A DNA stretch of 64,000 nucleotides from Owenia fusiformis (lineage: Eukaryota): contig CAIIXF020000001.1 of the NCBI GenBank assembly GCA_903813345.2, positions 12,028,001 through 12,092,000 of the forward strand, in the 5' to 3' direction. Under the pieces are notes generated by a model that was given only the letters and a program-made list of their open reading frames with translations, did not search any database and was not told the DNA's origin. A program made the translations under genes and the position numbers. Shown one piece after another: positions 9,990 to 22,843 of this stretch; position 1 is the stretch's first letter, and each line of letters starts with the position of its first letter.

Positions 9990-12900
9990 ACATTTGAAAT
10001 TATTCTCGCTTAAAGAAATCAAATATAACAAATTTCAAGACGGGGATGTGAGCTGATGTTCTTCAAATCTATACATAAAGGTATATTTCATATTATTATG
10101 CCATATTTACTGTGCGTGTGACACAATGATTTACAATATTTATAATACTAAGGCAGCTCAATCTTCCTCCTCAAAGCCGGAATATAGAGAAGGCTTTGGA
10201 CCGAAGTAAGTGGATGGTACATTTGGCTTTCCATGTCTGATTCTATTGTATCATCAGTGTGGGTTGAGATGTTATCCTCTTCGTCTGAAATCTCCCTTAC
10301 ATTTGTATCAAGTTGTGGTCTGCGTGTATACTGTTGTCTTGGTGGATCAGCTTGGCGTTTCTTTGTTATCTTTCCATGAAAGGAAAAGATATACAGTTGG
10401 GGACATAAATAAATGACAGGTGGATTTGCTGAAGTGAGGATTTCCCATGTTAAAAATAAGAGAATTTACAAGAGGCCATACATCAGTGGATGAGATTATA
10501 CAAAATGTAAAATATACAAATTTTAAGCGATATATATCTAGACAATATTGGAAATTATGGGCTTTCAGACCACCATAATTAGGAAATGGTGATCGAAAAT
10601 CGACCTGTCATTTATTTTTGTCTAAAAGTTTTGTGACCGCGCTCAGTAACATTTCTGATCTTCATATGCATGGGCCTGTTTGTTCTCCAAATCAATACAA
10701 TCAATCCAATTCCATTTACAATCAATATAAACTGAAAAATACGAACAAAATGAACTATATTTACCTTCAAAAACTTCCGCAGATTTCTTCCATGCGAACT
10801 CTAGGTGTCATGACCTCTCTAACTTTATATCAATCCGCCAAGCAGACGCCGGTCTATTTACTCATTATATTTCTTTTCTATAAGACAAGTCCGTGATTAT
10901 ATTCATTATTGACTTTGATTTGTTTTCAAACCAATTTAACATTACTCTGAAACTATCCTTTAGTAATGTGATATGATTCGAATGTCTTGAAGAAGTTTAG
11001 TGAAGATAAATGTAACAGAACTATATCCTAATCAATCAACGATTGATTTAAGAGACATCTATTTAAAACTTAGAAACATAAACTACTTCTGCGTTTTATT
11101 CAGTAATATCCATAAAAGTATAGTCCATAAAAATTATGTATATACATGCCAACAGCCATATTTCAACTTTTGTGCTACGTTGCTGATTTTATGACAACCA
11201 TGGAAAGCGACAACTAAACAATTAGTCGGTGATGTTACATGTCATCTTGGATTTCCAAGGTATGATGTTTTAATATGATTGAAAATCAAACTGGGAAACG
11301 AGTTTGGTTACATGTACCAATCGAAAAAAGTGTTGATATGTATTTTGGGTTTTACCTCATTCTCTTTGTATCCATTCAGAAAGATTCCATAACGAAAAGA
11401 GTTTTATATGTCTCTGATACAGTGGATCCAGGAAATATAGTCTTTTCATGAAATAATAATTTCTAAAAATATGGGATGCAGACTTCAACCAATTGAGCCA
11501 AAATTATTGTAAAAGTGATACTTTTTGAAGGAATTTAACTCAACATGTCCATTATAGATTCCTTACACAAAAGGACTTTGCTTATTGGGTTGAGGAACAT
11601 TCATTTATGGGATAATTCATGGATAGATCAAACAATACATTTAAATAATAAAATATATATTTATTGAAATATAAAAGAAATAAAAGATCTACAAAAAGTT
11701 ATCAATTCCACAAAAGGTGCATAGAATTATCTTCATAATGTTTTGTGTTTTCGTGAGAGTATAAATTCTATAATACAATGGCATGCATAATTGCGAAGTT
11801 AACCATCTATCCCAGATTTAAAGCAGATATGAAATGGTATTTTTAACCTAAAGGAATCAATATCATTTTTTGATAGATGTATTTGGACATGTTTTCTCAT
11901 CAGTAGTGTGAAAATTATTTCACTCTAACGATCGTTATAGCTGCTTAATAAGCAATATTCGAATTGGTTGTGACATTATTGGCCCCCAGGTGATCTTTCA
12001 CTGGTCCCCACGTGGCTCGTTTTGGTCCCTTAGATCATGACGTCATAATGCCAAAATGTTTTGTTATTTGTTTACACAACAATCTTATGGTTGCCGTGAC
12101 GTTGTGATTACTAAGGAACCAATAAACCAAAGCTATATTTTGTATATGACATTACTAATCACGTGAGGGCCAATTTGATTGATCAGTTAGTTTTATTTCG
12201 TTATCTATGACCATTAGCAGTGATCTAACATTTATTTTATAATGGCTATCGCGAGAACTCTACGTTGGGCTAATGGAGAAAACCGCATTTTTGTAGCTGC
12301 AAGTTGAGAAAAGCTATTTCAGTTGTCCTTTAAGGATTTAGTAAAACAAAAAAAAATTGAATTCACCCTTATATAATGTATGGCCTTATGGGCCTACCTC
12401 TTAGAATATCTTTTAATTAGCTTACATATGCCCCCTCTGTATTTGCAGTCTTGCAGTATCTGTGCCCCATGCTATTGTCAAACCAGCTAGAATTAACCAG
12501 ATGCAAGTAGGTAGTTACCAGTCTCATCACTAGGTGGCTCATTCGGGTTCAATTTTCATATTACCCTTATGTATCTGATAGTTATACAAATGAAAATATG
12601 TCCAGTAAAACAAAATATCATCTGTCCAAGAAAAGATATTTCACTTTTTGTGATTTTATAACATGAGGTCTACGGTGAAGCGTCCCGACCTACATGTAGA
12701 AGTCACACTTTCAAAGAAAATTAAATTTTCAAAGTTGATCAACAATTTTTGAAACCACATTTCTTGATGTAATTCAACCTGTAGATTTCAAATATGACAT
12801 CACTTTGACTGAATTTTGAATAGCCTATCTAATGATTATTTCTACGCATCTAGCCTATTGAGGAGGATGACTCAATGAATTTCTCAAAATGATTTTGGAA

Positions 12901-13180
12901 TGGACTGTGTCTATACTAACTAAAAGTGGTCCAATTTTAAGTGTGATATTCCTTCATGACTAGATATGTGTGACAATGCTCATAACACAGTCTGGAATCT
13001 AATTCATATTTTGTCATGCCTCTGCTCCATAAGGCTTAATCCATTACACAATCAATTCAGACTCCTTTGCACTTATCCATGAATATTGAAGAATATTCAA
13101 TCCAAATGTGACCCCTCACACTTCATGATTCATTATATGGCATTTTTTATTTCACCATATCACTTATAACAATTCATGTA

Positions 13181-13372
13181 TTATGTGTCAATGTTTGATA
13201 GTTCCCCAGTTATATGACTGTCATGCATAGCAGCCAAATGTTCCACAATCAATTCTTCAATAGCAACATTGTTTTTTATTTGTTCTTCACTCAATGCTAT
13301 TTTCTCTGCACAGTCTCTTGTAATAAGGACCACCTCAAGCTTCCTGGTTTCCAGTATGTTGGCTATCACCAC
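13181..13372 (-). CDS. PPCS: PPCS terminal exon 7 ([11 protein letters not shown]...NIDT*)
   Basis: Acceptor CTTTGCTTCAAG; resembles the PPCS C-terminus. Confidence 0.93.
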   Translation of the reverse strand: MVIANILETRKLEVVLITRDCAEKIALSEEQIKNNVAIEELIVEHLAAMHDSHITGELSNIDT

Positions 13373-16300
13373 CTTGAAGCAAAGAATGACAATTCAGTGC
13401 TATTGAGGCTTAAGTAATACATTTATGTTTAGAATTAATTTGTAGCTGTATGATGAAAGGATGGGTATCGATATGGTGAACTTTTTGAACACGCGTTTCT
13501 TTTAAACCGGTCATCAAAAATTTCTGCAAAATTTTACATTTAGTCAATTTAATGGTCATCTTTTGAATGGTAACAATATAATTTGAAATAAATATATATA
13601 CTTTTCTCTATATTGTTTTAGAAAACACATCAGACTTTTCTTTTGTTCTTGGCATCATATGTTCAGAATGAAATGAAACATCTATCCGAACCTCATTGGA
13701 ACAAAATGACATAAACACAACGTGCTTAGGTAGGTCTCTCAATATTGTAATTGTACAAAGAAACGTTTGGTTGGTTTAAAAAAAAAATCTAGGTTTATCT
13801 TAATTTCTATCTATTTTGGGGTTTTTGTTTTAATTTTTTGAATACTTTGTGCTTAATCAACCAAAATTTCCTTTGTATAACTATAATATTGAGAGGTCTA
13901 AGAAAATTTTGTATATGCTATTTTGTTCAAACAAGCTTTGGAAAGATATTTTATTTAATTCTCAAGAATTGGTAAAAAGGAACAAAAAACAATTGCACTA
14001 AAAAACAAAAATGTTAACAAAAACAGTTATATGTATAAAAAATATATCATAATATATATAATTTTCGCATTAAACTGTTGTCAATCAGTCAAAATTACAT
14101 AAAGGACAGTGTTTTTTTACAGAATGTTTTCAGTAATTGGTTTAAGAGAAAAACATTGTTGAATTCAGTTCACCATATCGATACCAATCCTTTTGTTTTT
14201 TATTTCATTTTTTCTCATATCATCTAGCTCTTCTTTTTTAAATGCATCTTTATGTTAGATAAGATATGCTAGAATCAAGTTTGTTTTCCATCATTAATCC
14301 ATACATATCATATTTTGAGATACAATGTACATGTAGATGACTGAGATCAACTAAGCATTTTATCTATTAACCCTTATTCATTAAACCAATGATAAGCTTG
14401 CCATATATGTACCTGATGGTCGTATGTTTGTAATGCTTTTCTGGCCTTAGACTCGAGTAAACTGACATCAGTTTCCAACTGTAAAATAAAAATAATCACA
14501 AGATGTTGACTTATAACATTTTCTGTCAAAACGACACAATATAAGAATACATACCTTAGTGAACATTGAGATTCTCCAATGATATACTTTAAAACAATTT
14601 CAATTTTGAACATATAGAACCTGAAGAATTTTAAATGCTCTTTGCATCAAGCCTCAAGTCATCTCCAGAATATATACAGATTATTATATAAAAGTGCATC
14701 TCCAATGATGTTATGAATGATTGTCAAATGACACATTCTTCATGAGTGGTCCAGAACCCACCTTAAACGATGTAATGAATGCTTGAGGCACCCACTCTTT
14801 CACAAGTGGTCCAAGCATCTTTGGAACCAGCTGGAGATGTATCTGAAGAGGACCACCTGATGACTGGATTTTATGTTCAGGCTGAAATATGATACGATGA
14901 TTTTTACTTTACTTTTTTTTTTATTTCGTAAAATACAAGAAAATCTATTTTTACATTAATTATATAATAAGATCAATTAATGAATCTCTTACATCAGAAA
15001 AAAATGGGATATATGGGCTTGGCTATCAAATCCAAGATGCACAAAATATTTACAAACAATTCATCATATAAACTGCTCTTTTCATGGCAGCCATTTAACC
15101 AACATTAGTGAAGGGAATGGAAGTATTCCTTAAAAACAATCAAAGCTATTTCAATCTTACCATTTCACTGCTAGGAATGTAGAAATCTGAAACAGCTGCT
15201 GCAAGGTAGATCATCACCTTGCTACCAACTTGACCCAACACCTGGCATGCAGCCTTCAGTAGATACAAGTATTCCCCTACTGCATTGAAGTCAACATTGA
15301 GTAGTCTCCGCTCACTCTTTGATTGTTTATACTTGACCAGGATGGAACGTAGATTTGGTGCTTTCGCTTCATCAACTACAAAATTGCATAGAAAATTGTA
15401 TAAAAGTTACCCTTTGCATCCATTGGACTTAGATTCTTAAAACATAATTTCATCTAGACTCTTTGAATTATTTATGGCTGGGCTGTGGCAGCCACTGGAA
15501 GTGGGGCAGGGCTGCTGAACTGCAAAATTGTCTTTACTATTCAGAGGTTGCTTTAAAACTTACTTCTGTGCTCAGGGTTTATATGAGTGACATTTACACC
15601 TACACTATGGGGATTGGATCCCTGATCAGAATGCTTTTTATAATGTTTTAATCCACCATTTTTCAGATTAGATGTACAAAACTTATCTGATCCAATTTAC
15701 CTCATATTTTTTTAAAATACCTGAAATGGTATCATCCTCTCCTACATGTAGTGCATCTAGCATGGTTTGTTGTGAGAAGTGCCTGGTATAGGGCTCTAGG
15801 GATCTGTGGCGATGGAGAAATATCACAGCATACCCAGAATCTAAGAAGTGTCTTGAGAATGTTAAGAATAAAATAATGCACAGGTATTATTTATATACAA
15901 AGTAACAAGCTCAATGAGGTATAGTACTGATACAAAATAATAAAGGGTGAGTTTGCAAACTAAACAGAGTTCTCCTATCAAAATGGATTTGCCTATATAC
16001 CCCTGAGACTCTTATCTGATAGATAGAATGCACAAATAAAACAATAGTTTTGCTATTATAGGTAAAAAGTTCTCTTAAAATTTCGAAGTGATTTTTCCTG
16101 TTAATTCTGTCATTGATCTGCCATTTTTTGGAAAGTTACACTGAAACACAAACTCAATGAAACGAAATCACTCGAAAAAGACATGGCACACATCGTGAGC
16201 ATGCGTACTAAAAGTTTAAACCAATCAGATTATTTGATTATTTTGCGCACATGAATTATTTGCTTCTGAGCACTTACCATAAAAGCTAACCACAATCAAC

Positions 16301-17046
16301 AAACCTGGCGGAGATTACCCTGGCCCTTACTTAATTTTGGCGAAATTTCAGGTCAAACTCGTGACAAATACATTATACATACGCTGGTATGAAGCCTTGG
16401 AGAAACTCATTTTGGTAATTATGATTTACGGTGTATACCTTTCTGCAGTTTGGGAAATTAAATGTTAGAATTCAAGAAAATATGAGACTTATACAACTTA
16501 TCAATTAATTTATATCAGCATTGTACCTGTCGTACCAAATATCCCCAACAGGCTCAAAGTTAAATGGATCTCACTCAAACTTTAAAGGATACTCTGCTGA
16601 TGATGCCCCTCTAGTTCCAATGCTAAAGTTGTCAATAAATCGAACTGTACGGCTCTCCAAGGGTACTGTTGTACCACCCGACTGAAATTATGAAAGTGGA
16701 AATTGGCTCAGAAAATATTAATACTGTTCATATATGAATAGATGTGAACATACACTTATGAATGTATATGAATATACAGTGTATTCAGCACAAACAGCAA
16801 TGATTGTCACTGAAATCAAATTTATTAAAATTAAATATTTCCGTGGGTGATAATTGAGCACAAAATAAAGTTTGATTTTACTTTTAAATGATTTTAAAGA
16901 GTAAATCTAAGTTTTACTGTTATCAAAACAATCTTTGTAGTCTTCCGCCTGTGAAACTCAACAAACTGTAGCATAGCTTGCTTCTTTGCATCGTAGTTGT
17001 CAGGAACTTTCGTCTGCTCAAAAAAATCTGAGGCCGTGGTCGCCAT
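13181..17046 (-). CDS. PPCS: Phosphopantothenate--cysteine ligase (CoA biosynthesis), 7 coding exons, 313 aa
   Basis: Spliced translation contains [66 protein letters not shown] and VVIANIL, which are hallmark eukaryotic PPCS motifs; all introns GT-AG with consistent phases. Confidence 0.97.
13459..14190. mobile_element. MITE inserted at AAA^TTT without TSD (Spy-like), in PPCS intron 6
   Basis: TIR GGATGGGTATCGATATGGTGAACT / AGTTCACCATATCGATACCAATCC, flanked by AAA and TTT. Confidence 0.75.
14413..14478 (-). CDS. PPCS: PPCS exon 6 ([22 protein letters not shown])
   Basis: Acceptor TTTACAG, donor GTACAT, 22 codons. Confidence 0.95.
14762..14881 (-). CDS. PPCS: PPCS exon 5 (PEHKIQSS...FITSFK)
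   Basis: Acceptor TTTCAG, donor GTGGGT, 40 codons. Confidence 0.95.
15161..15375 (-). CDS. PPCS: PPCS exon 4 (DEAKAPN...[16 protein letters not shown])
   Basis: Acceptor TTTGTAG, donor GTAAGA, conserved motif. Confidence 0.95.
15721..15851 (-). CDS. PPCS: PPCS exon 3 ([14 protein letters not shown]...DDTIS)
   Basis: Frame-consistent with exons 2 and 4; GYAVIFLHR motif. Confidence 0.95.
15852..16592 (-). other. U12-type (GT-AG) intron, PPCS intron 2
   Basis: 5' site GTATCCTTT; branch motif TTCTTAAC (15868-15861) just before CAAG; no long pyrimidine tract. Confidence 0.88.
16593..16681 (-). CDS. PPCS: PPCS exon 2 (SGGTTVPLE...GASSAE)
   Basis: Acceptor TTTCAG, donor GTATCCTTT. Confidence 0.95.
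16918..17046 (-). CDS. PPCS: PPCS coding exon 1 (MATTASDFF...KIVLIT)
   Basis: AAAGATGGCG start context, 43 codons, donor GTAAAA. Confidence 0.9.
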
Positions 17047-17427
17047 CTTTGATTTCAAATCTCTAATTATCTCGCATAACTTTGAATCCTCATTCCACTA
17101 GTTACAATGAGTCAAACATCTTGAAATTTTCCTGCAGGTATCTCCGTGATATAGGAAATATATGACATGTATTTCATATCTTAATATATCTTATTGATAC
17201 CGCAATCTGGTGTTGAATGTAGTCTCCGAGTTCAAGGTCACCGAAATCTCGTCAATTTTTGCAGCAGCAGAAAAGGTTTGGAAAATACAATTTCTTCAAA
17301 ATATACATCTTTCATGTATCAAATATCCAAAACTTATTAATTTTGATATATTTTTAGATTTAAGTTTACGACTGATTCATAAGTTCAACGGCGAAAGACC
17401 AATGGCTCTCCAGACAGCTTTGAAAAG
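17047..17427. promoter_or_regulatory. Probable bidirectional promoter and first exon of a divergent plus-strand transcript
   Basis: PPCS ATG at 17046 (minus); perfect plus-strand donor AAG|GTAAGT at 17427/17428; strong acceptors downstream at 21073 and 22078. Confidence 0.45.
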
Positions 17428-18023
17428 GTAAGTGTTATTTTTTGCATGCATCCATGAAAATCAGATCATGAAGATACGATCATGTTCGGCCCCTAAGACA
17501 ATGATAGATAGTAGCCTACCACTAGGCATGGTAATACATGGTTCTTAGTTCATGTGAAAGCATACTTTCAGATCCCATTTATGTTCAGTGGATTGTTGGC
17601 CTCAAAGTTCTTGATACAAACCTACATGTAGAAATAAGGACGACAGTGCAATATTTCATTAAAAATACACTCCGCTTTTAGATGCAAAAAACTTGTTTAT
17701 TTCAGATAAATTAGTTTTACGTGCAGTAAACCTGTTTGACCTTTAGTAATTAGCCATGACCACAAGACAGTCTATCAACCTGTACACTCCTGTAGAAGTT
17801 CCAGTTGTCTTGGCAATTTCTTTTAAGTTTCATCGATACACAACCTATTTGACTTCTACTGTAGTCATCATCTTCTTTGTATACTTGATTCTAAACTATT
17901 GGAAATTGGCTCCCTGTACCCACCCATGCTGTTTAACATAACATAACAGTGAATATAAATCAATAAAAAGTAATCCGAAACATCTGTTTTAAGTAGAATA
18001 CTGCACAATACAAGTCCATATAC

Positions 18024-18850
18024 TTGTGTTGTCGCGATTAATCGATACATCGCGATATACATCGCCAAAGCTGATTCTGGCGATGCATCGATGTCTGAAA
18101 CAAAACATTGATGTTTTAAAAAAAAATTGATTTGTTAAGAATCGCCCTTTCTTATCTTATTTTGACGCATATAGCTTACCTTTTTTCATGTCTTTTTCAT
18201 TTCATTTTCCAATGTTTTCTGATATTATTTCGCTAGTCGAAATGAACCATTAATCTAAAAAATGTATTTACTTTCATTTTACCGTTCCTAGAAGTTCCCG
18301 GATGTACCAGCATACTCTTATTAATTTGTTCTGTTTGGTATTTTAGTGCATTAGCGTTCGGTATTTCAGTGCACTTTTCTCAAAATTTTTTCTTGACGAT
18401 TAGGCCATAAGAAGTAGGTTATTTGTTTTGCGTCATGGCAAAATCCAAATCATGCAAGGGTACAAGGAAAACAAACACAAACTCAAGAAAAAACAAAAAC
18501 TTGTTTAAGGGCATATAAAGGAATGACATGCCAATTTGCAGTGATTACAAACACATATCTTTACATCCTATACAATATATTTAAGCATAGCTATTATTCA
18601 AGGGTACAAAATAAGAAAATACAAAATGTATGCTAAAGTAATCAATAACACTGTCAATTTTGACGCACATCAAATGATCTGCCATTTCGTCCGATTCTGA
18701 TTGAATGAAATGCGATGGTATTTTCAAACCCTTGTAATTGCTATTTGGATGTGTTTGTTTTTTTCTGATTTACTCAAAATCGTGCAAGCAAGGGGACGCA
18801 AAACAGAGAATGTACTTCTTATGGCCTTATGGCACATCGCGACAACACTA
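18024..18850. mobile_element. hAT-like MITE, 8-bp TSD
   Basis: TTGTGTTGTCGCGAT / ATCGCGACAACACTA; TSD CCATATAC on both sides. Confidence 0.85.
18403..18826. mobile_element. PIF/Harbinger-like MITE nested in the hAT-like element
   Basis: TIR GGCCATAAGAAGTA / TACTTCTTATGGCC, TTA on both sides. Confidence 0.75.
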
Positions 18851-19090
18851 CCATATACATGTACCTTTGTACCAAGGTTCATTAGTTTTTGCCATTGTCC
18901 AGTTGAAGTAATGTGAAATCTCTTGAAAATGGTTTGACGAAAATTGTACTACAACTGTTGATTCAGGTCAAAATCACAGATAGAAAATTATCCTTCTTAC
19001 GATGACAGGCTCTGGTTGGCTTGGTAAATTCAGTGGTTTAAACTCAGAGAATGTAGCTTCAAGTTAGATGAATACAAAGGCTGTCACTTT

Positions 19091-20811
19091 CACACCATGC
19101 AGACAGATCGCTAGCCTTGCCCAAGTCGGTATTTTTTTTACTAATCTGATCTTGAATTATTACCGCCTTGTACAATCCAATACATCTCCGCTGATATTGT
19201 GATGAGATATTCAATGGTTTCGAGATTTCCATAATACGTACACTATCAGGGGTATCGCGAAACCTTATTGATTGACAGATCACGTGGACGACGCGACGTG
19301 TGTCTTCAGGCTGATTGACCAATCAAAACGTTATCAGGTTGAGCTGCATAAACAAAGCAAACTTCCCGTCTACGACTTGAAATTGATCTGATCGAGTGTT
19401 TCTTTAGACTTGCAATATCATTCATGAAAATATTATGTAATTAAATGTACATTGGAATGTAAGAGTCATTAATATAAATTAAATCATGCGATTCAATGTT
19501 GATTTAAAATTGATTTCGCAATGAAAATGCACGATGAAAATGTAGCGGGTCATTGATCGAGTCGTCAATCAGTGATTCAATCTCAGCCTACATGTTCGAT
19601 CATTTGAATTCAGCGATCGTTTCAAAGTTTATTGTTGAAATCTTATCACCTCCAGTTATCCAATCGATGCTCCGGCATCCACTAAACTCTGATTGATATT
19701 TATCTGATAAAATATTTGTATTAAGTTTCATGATGAATTCGTGCAAGATTTGTTCGTGAAAAGTCCCGGTTCAAAGTGAAAAGTGTTCTTGTTTTTGACC
19801 GTGCATAATAATGAGCTGACGCTACTGGGCCGTCGTTGATTGGTCAAATGTTACCGACATCAACAAACTGTCGGTAAAGCATATGGCTTTCTCTTTGGTA
19901 CAAGCCGGTCATAATAGAAATCAAGATAAGTAAAAGAGACCGACTTGGGCAAGGTTAACAGATCGCCTAAAATTGCATTCGTATGATGTGAGACCCGACA
20001 TTCACCGGGAAAGTAGAAACATTTTGTCACCCATGATGCAGATTAATTTTTTACTGCTTAATAAATGATGAATGACAGTCATATTAAGTTCTATATGTTT
20101 GAGAATAGCATGTCGTCTTGATATTGCAAGGTAACTCGTTCGAAAAATGATGACGGTGATTGAAATGATGATGTAAAGATAAAATGCAACTAAATATTTG
20201 TAAATTTCTTTGAAAAACTAAGAAAATCTCATATTGAATTTTCCAAAACAGGAAAAACATGTATAAATATTAAGGCATGAAGGTCCGATTCCCCCTGTTA
20301 TCATTAACATTGGTCTCGTATAAGTCATACAATTGATATTTGAAACCCAAATATTATTCAAACTTATGATAGGACATAAGTATGATGTGTACTTCAATGT
20401 AATATTAATCATACTGATAACCGATCATAAGTTCGAATGATAGTTGTATGAGACCAATGTTGATGCTACCAGGGGGAATCTGACCTACAGGCCTTACTTT
20501 TTATATATGTTATGTGCTGGTGTGAAAAATTTGATATGTGATGTATATTTCTTAGTTTTTCAAAGAAATCTACAAATGTTTCATTACGGTTTTATCTTTA
20601 CATCGTAAGTACGATCACCGTCATCACTTGAAATATCAAGACTTCATGCTATTCTCATACTTATAGAACTTAATATGACTGTCATTCATCATTTATTAAG
20701 CAGTAAAAAATTAATTTGGTTCATGGGTGACAAAATTTTTCTACTTTCCTGGTGAATGTTGAGTCTCGCATCATACGAATGTAATTGTTGGCGATCTGTC
20801 TTCATGGGGTG
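19091..20811. mobile_element. Fold-back element with 6-bp TSD, interrupted by a nested insertion
   Basis: CACACCATG / CATGGGGTG ends, CACTTT on both sides; arms at about 19967-20125 and 20632-20790 plus inner arms are inverted. Confidence 0.75.
19112..19957. mobile_element. Non-autonomous DNA transposon, 9-bp TSD (AcademH-like)
   Basis: TAGCCTTGCCCAAGTCGGT / ACCGACTTGGGCAAGGTTA; TSD ACAGATCGC. Confidence 0.85.
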
Positions 20812-22129
20812 CACTTTGTTTGGTCTCTGTAATTGACAGATCTATGTATATGTGCTGCCATCTTTACAACCAGCAGAATCATAATTCTTTCAAGATTTAA
20901 AACTTTGTAATGAACAAGAGGCAAACTCTGATTCAGCATCTAATCAAAATATATTGTCAATTTCTTCAAGGAAAATACACTTTTATTAGTGTAATGTATA
21001 TGTACATGTCTATGTATTAAACAGCAATATCAGTTAGCTTCTGAATAGCAATTTGCTTCTTGATTTGTTGCAGGTTGCAAATGTTTGTTATTGGTGAAGA
21101 TCAGACCCTGTATGATATATGTATAATATCTAAGGAATGAATAAGGATAGGCCATTCAATACGGTGAAATTCAGCAGGAGTTGGACAGAATGTCAGTATA
21201 AAGCATGAACTGAAAGTGAGTGCATTTGTACTGACATACTGTCCACCGAGTATGATGTCACAGAGTGTGATGTCCCAGATGTGTTGTCACAATACAATTC
21301 AGATTCCTGGATGTGCATAATACACGATTGTTCATGTATGGAGAATTAGAGAAAGGCTATGCTGCATTCTGATTGGTTGAGAAACTCACTTAGAGAATGG
21401 TCATGTTTGACTATTATATAATATACATACCCCCTCAAAGTGAAAAATATGCCAGGTACTTATGGAAGCATAAAATTCAGTGAATGACATGCATTTTGAT
21501 TTGGAAGGTGAATTTTTTTATTGACCATATTCCCAGTATTGTGGTTGGTCAAGGGTAGATTGAAAAATTATGTCTAATTCAAATATTAGAAAGGGTAGTC
21601 AATAATTCAATGTAGAATCCAAATAAACCCATAACATATCGAAACGGTTTTTATTTTCATTAAGGAAGTGAGTTCCATGACAGTATGTTAACTGTAATAA
21701 TATTCTTGCATGTCAGAATGAAAGTATCAATTATGATATTTATGACCTTGACGTAAATAAGTTGTTATGATGTTGAACCAATCAGTGTATGTTTTTTCAC
21801 CAAAATAAAAAGTATGTATCCAGTAACATTCTGTCTAATCCATGAAATTAAATAGAATATATTTTAATTAAGAACTTAAGCCTTTTAAGGTTAATTTCTT
21901 ATTGATATGTGTGAAAGACCAACCATATAAAATCAAATATAGCATTCAGAAGAACTGTTTGAATGCTATTAATTCATTGTAAGTGTGTAAGCCCATTGAC
22001 ATTCTATAAATATTTTTATTGAGAGTGACTTACAATAGAAGGTAAAATTTTAGTAAAGTAAATTAGAATCATTTTTAGGACTTCACATACTGTATATTGA
22101 ATACTGTGATATTCATGTAATGAACAAAA

Positions 22130-22843
22130 ATGGCAAGATTTTATTTGAAACAATATTGGACAACTTTCATGGTGTTGAGTCTCTGGCTATTATGGACTAT
22201 GCTTCATTCAGCTGTTGATAAGTGTGTTGCTAATAATCCATCAACTCACTTGATTGGTGAAATAAAATTAGATGAGATCTTTAGAAAAGACATGAAAAGA
22301 TGGGACTCTAAAAAGCATGAATCTGTTAACCACTCTAAACAAATAGACACTGAATTGGCACCAACGTTTGGACAATATCTGACAAGTCTGAAGAAACGTA
22401 AAAGAAAACCAACTGCAACTAAAACCAAGAAGAGGATGAGTCAGAAAGGAAAGGATTTTAATGGAGATAGTAGAACAAAGAATAAAATTATTCAGATGAG
22501 TGGTCAGAATCATATTGAATCACTAAAAAAACACTCAAATCATGAAGGATATCATAACGAAATAGACCTTAATGATAAGACTCAGAAAGTTTCGAAAAAG
22601 AGAATTATCAAATTTGCAAATAAGTATCCTAACAATCTTTTGGAAGATCCCATAGATCCCAAAGGTAATGAAGGCACATATCAAGTAGACTTTCCAATGG
22701 ATGTTGATGATAATGTTGATGATAAGGATGATGATGCTTTGCTTGGTGAACTTGAGATAGACCTTGACTTTGAAGGAGTTGTTGCGTTGCATGAATTTCA
22801 GTCGTACAAGTACATGTATGTGCCAGAGCTAGAAGAGGAATGA
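22130..22843 (+). CDS. Uncharacterised 237-aa protein: N-terminal signal/anchor, basic middle, acidic C-terminus
   Basis: 714-nt ORF in AT-rich DNA; AAAATGG start with upstream in-frame stop; acceptor TTTTTAG at 22078; ATTAAA near 22927; no family recognised. Confidence 0.65.
   Translation: MARFYLKQYWTTFMVLSLWLLWTMLHSAVDKCVANNPSTHLIGEIKLDEIFRKDMKRWDSKKHESVNHSKQIDTELAPTFGQYLTSLKKRKRKPTATKTKKRMSQKGKDFNGDSRTKNKIIQMSGQNHIESLKKHSNHEGYHNEIDLNDKTQKVSKKRIIKFANKYPNNLLEDPIDPKGNEGTYQVDFPMDVDDNVDDKDDDALLGELEIDLDFEGVVALHEFQSYKYMYVPELEEE

Noticed and set aside
14374-14613. 79-aa ORF as a standalone gene
   Set aside because: Only 14413-14478 is coding (PPCS exon 6); the rest is intron
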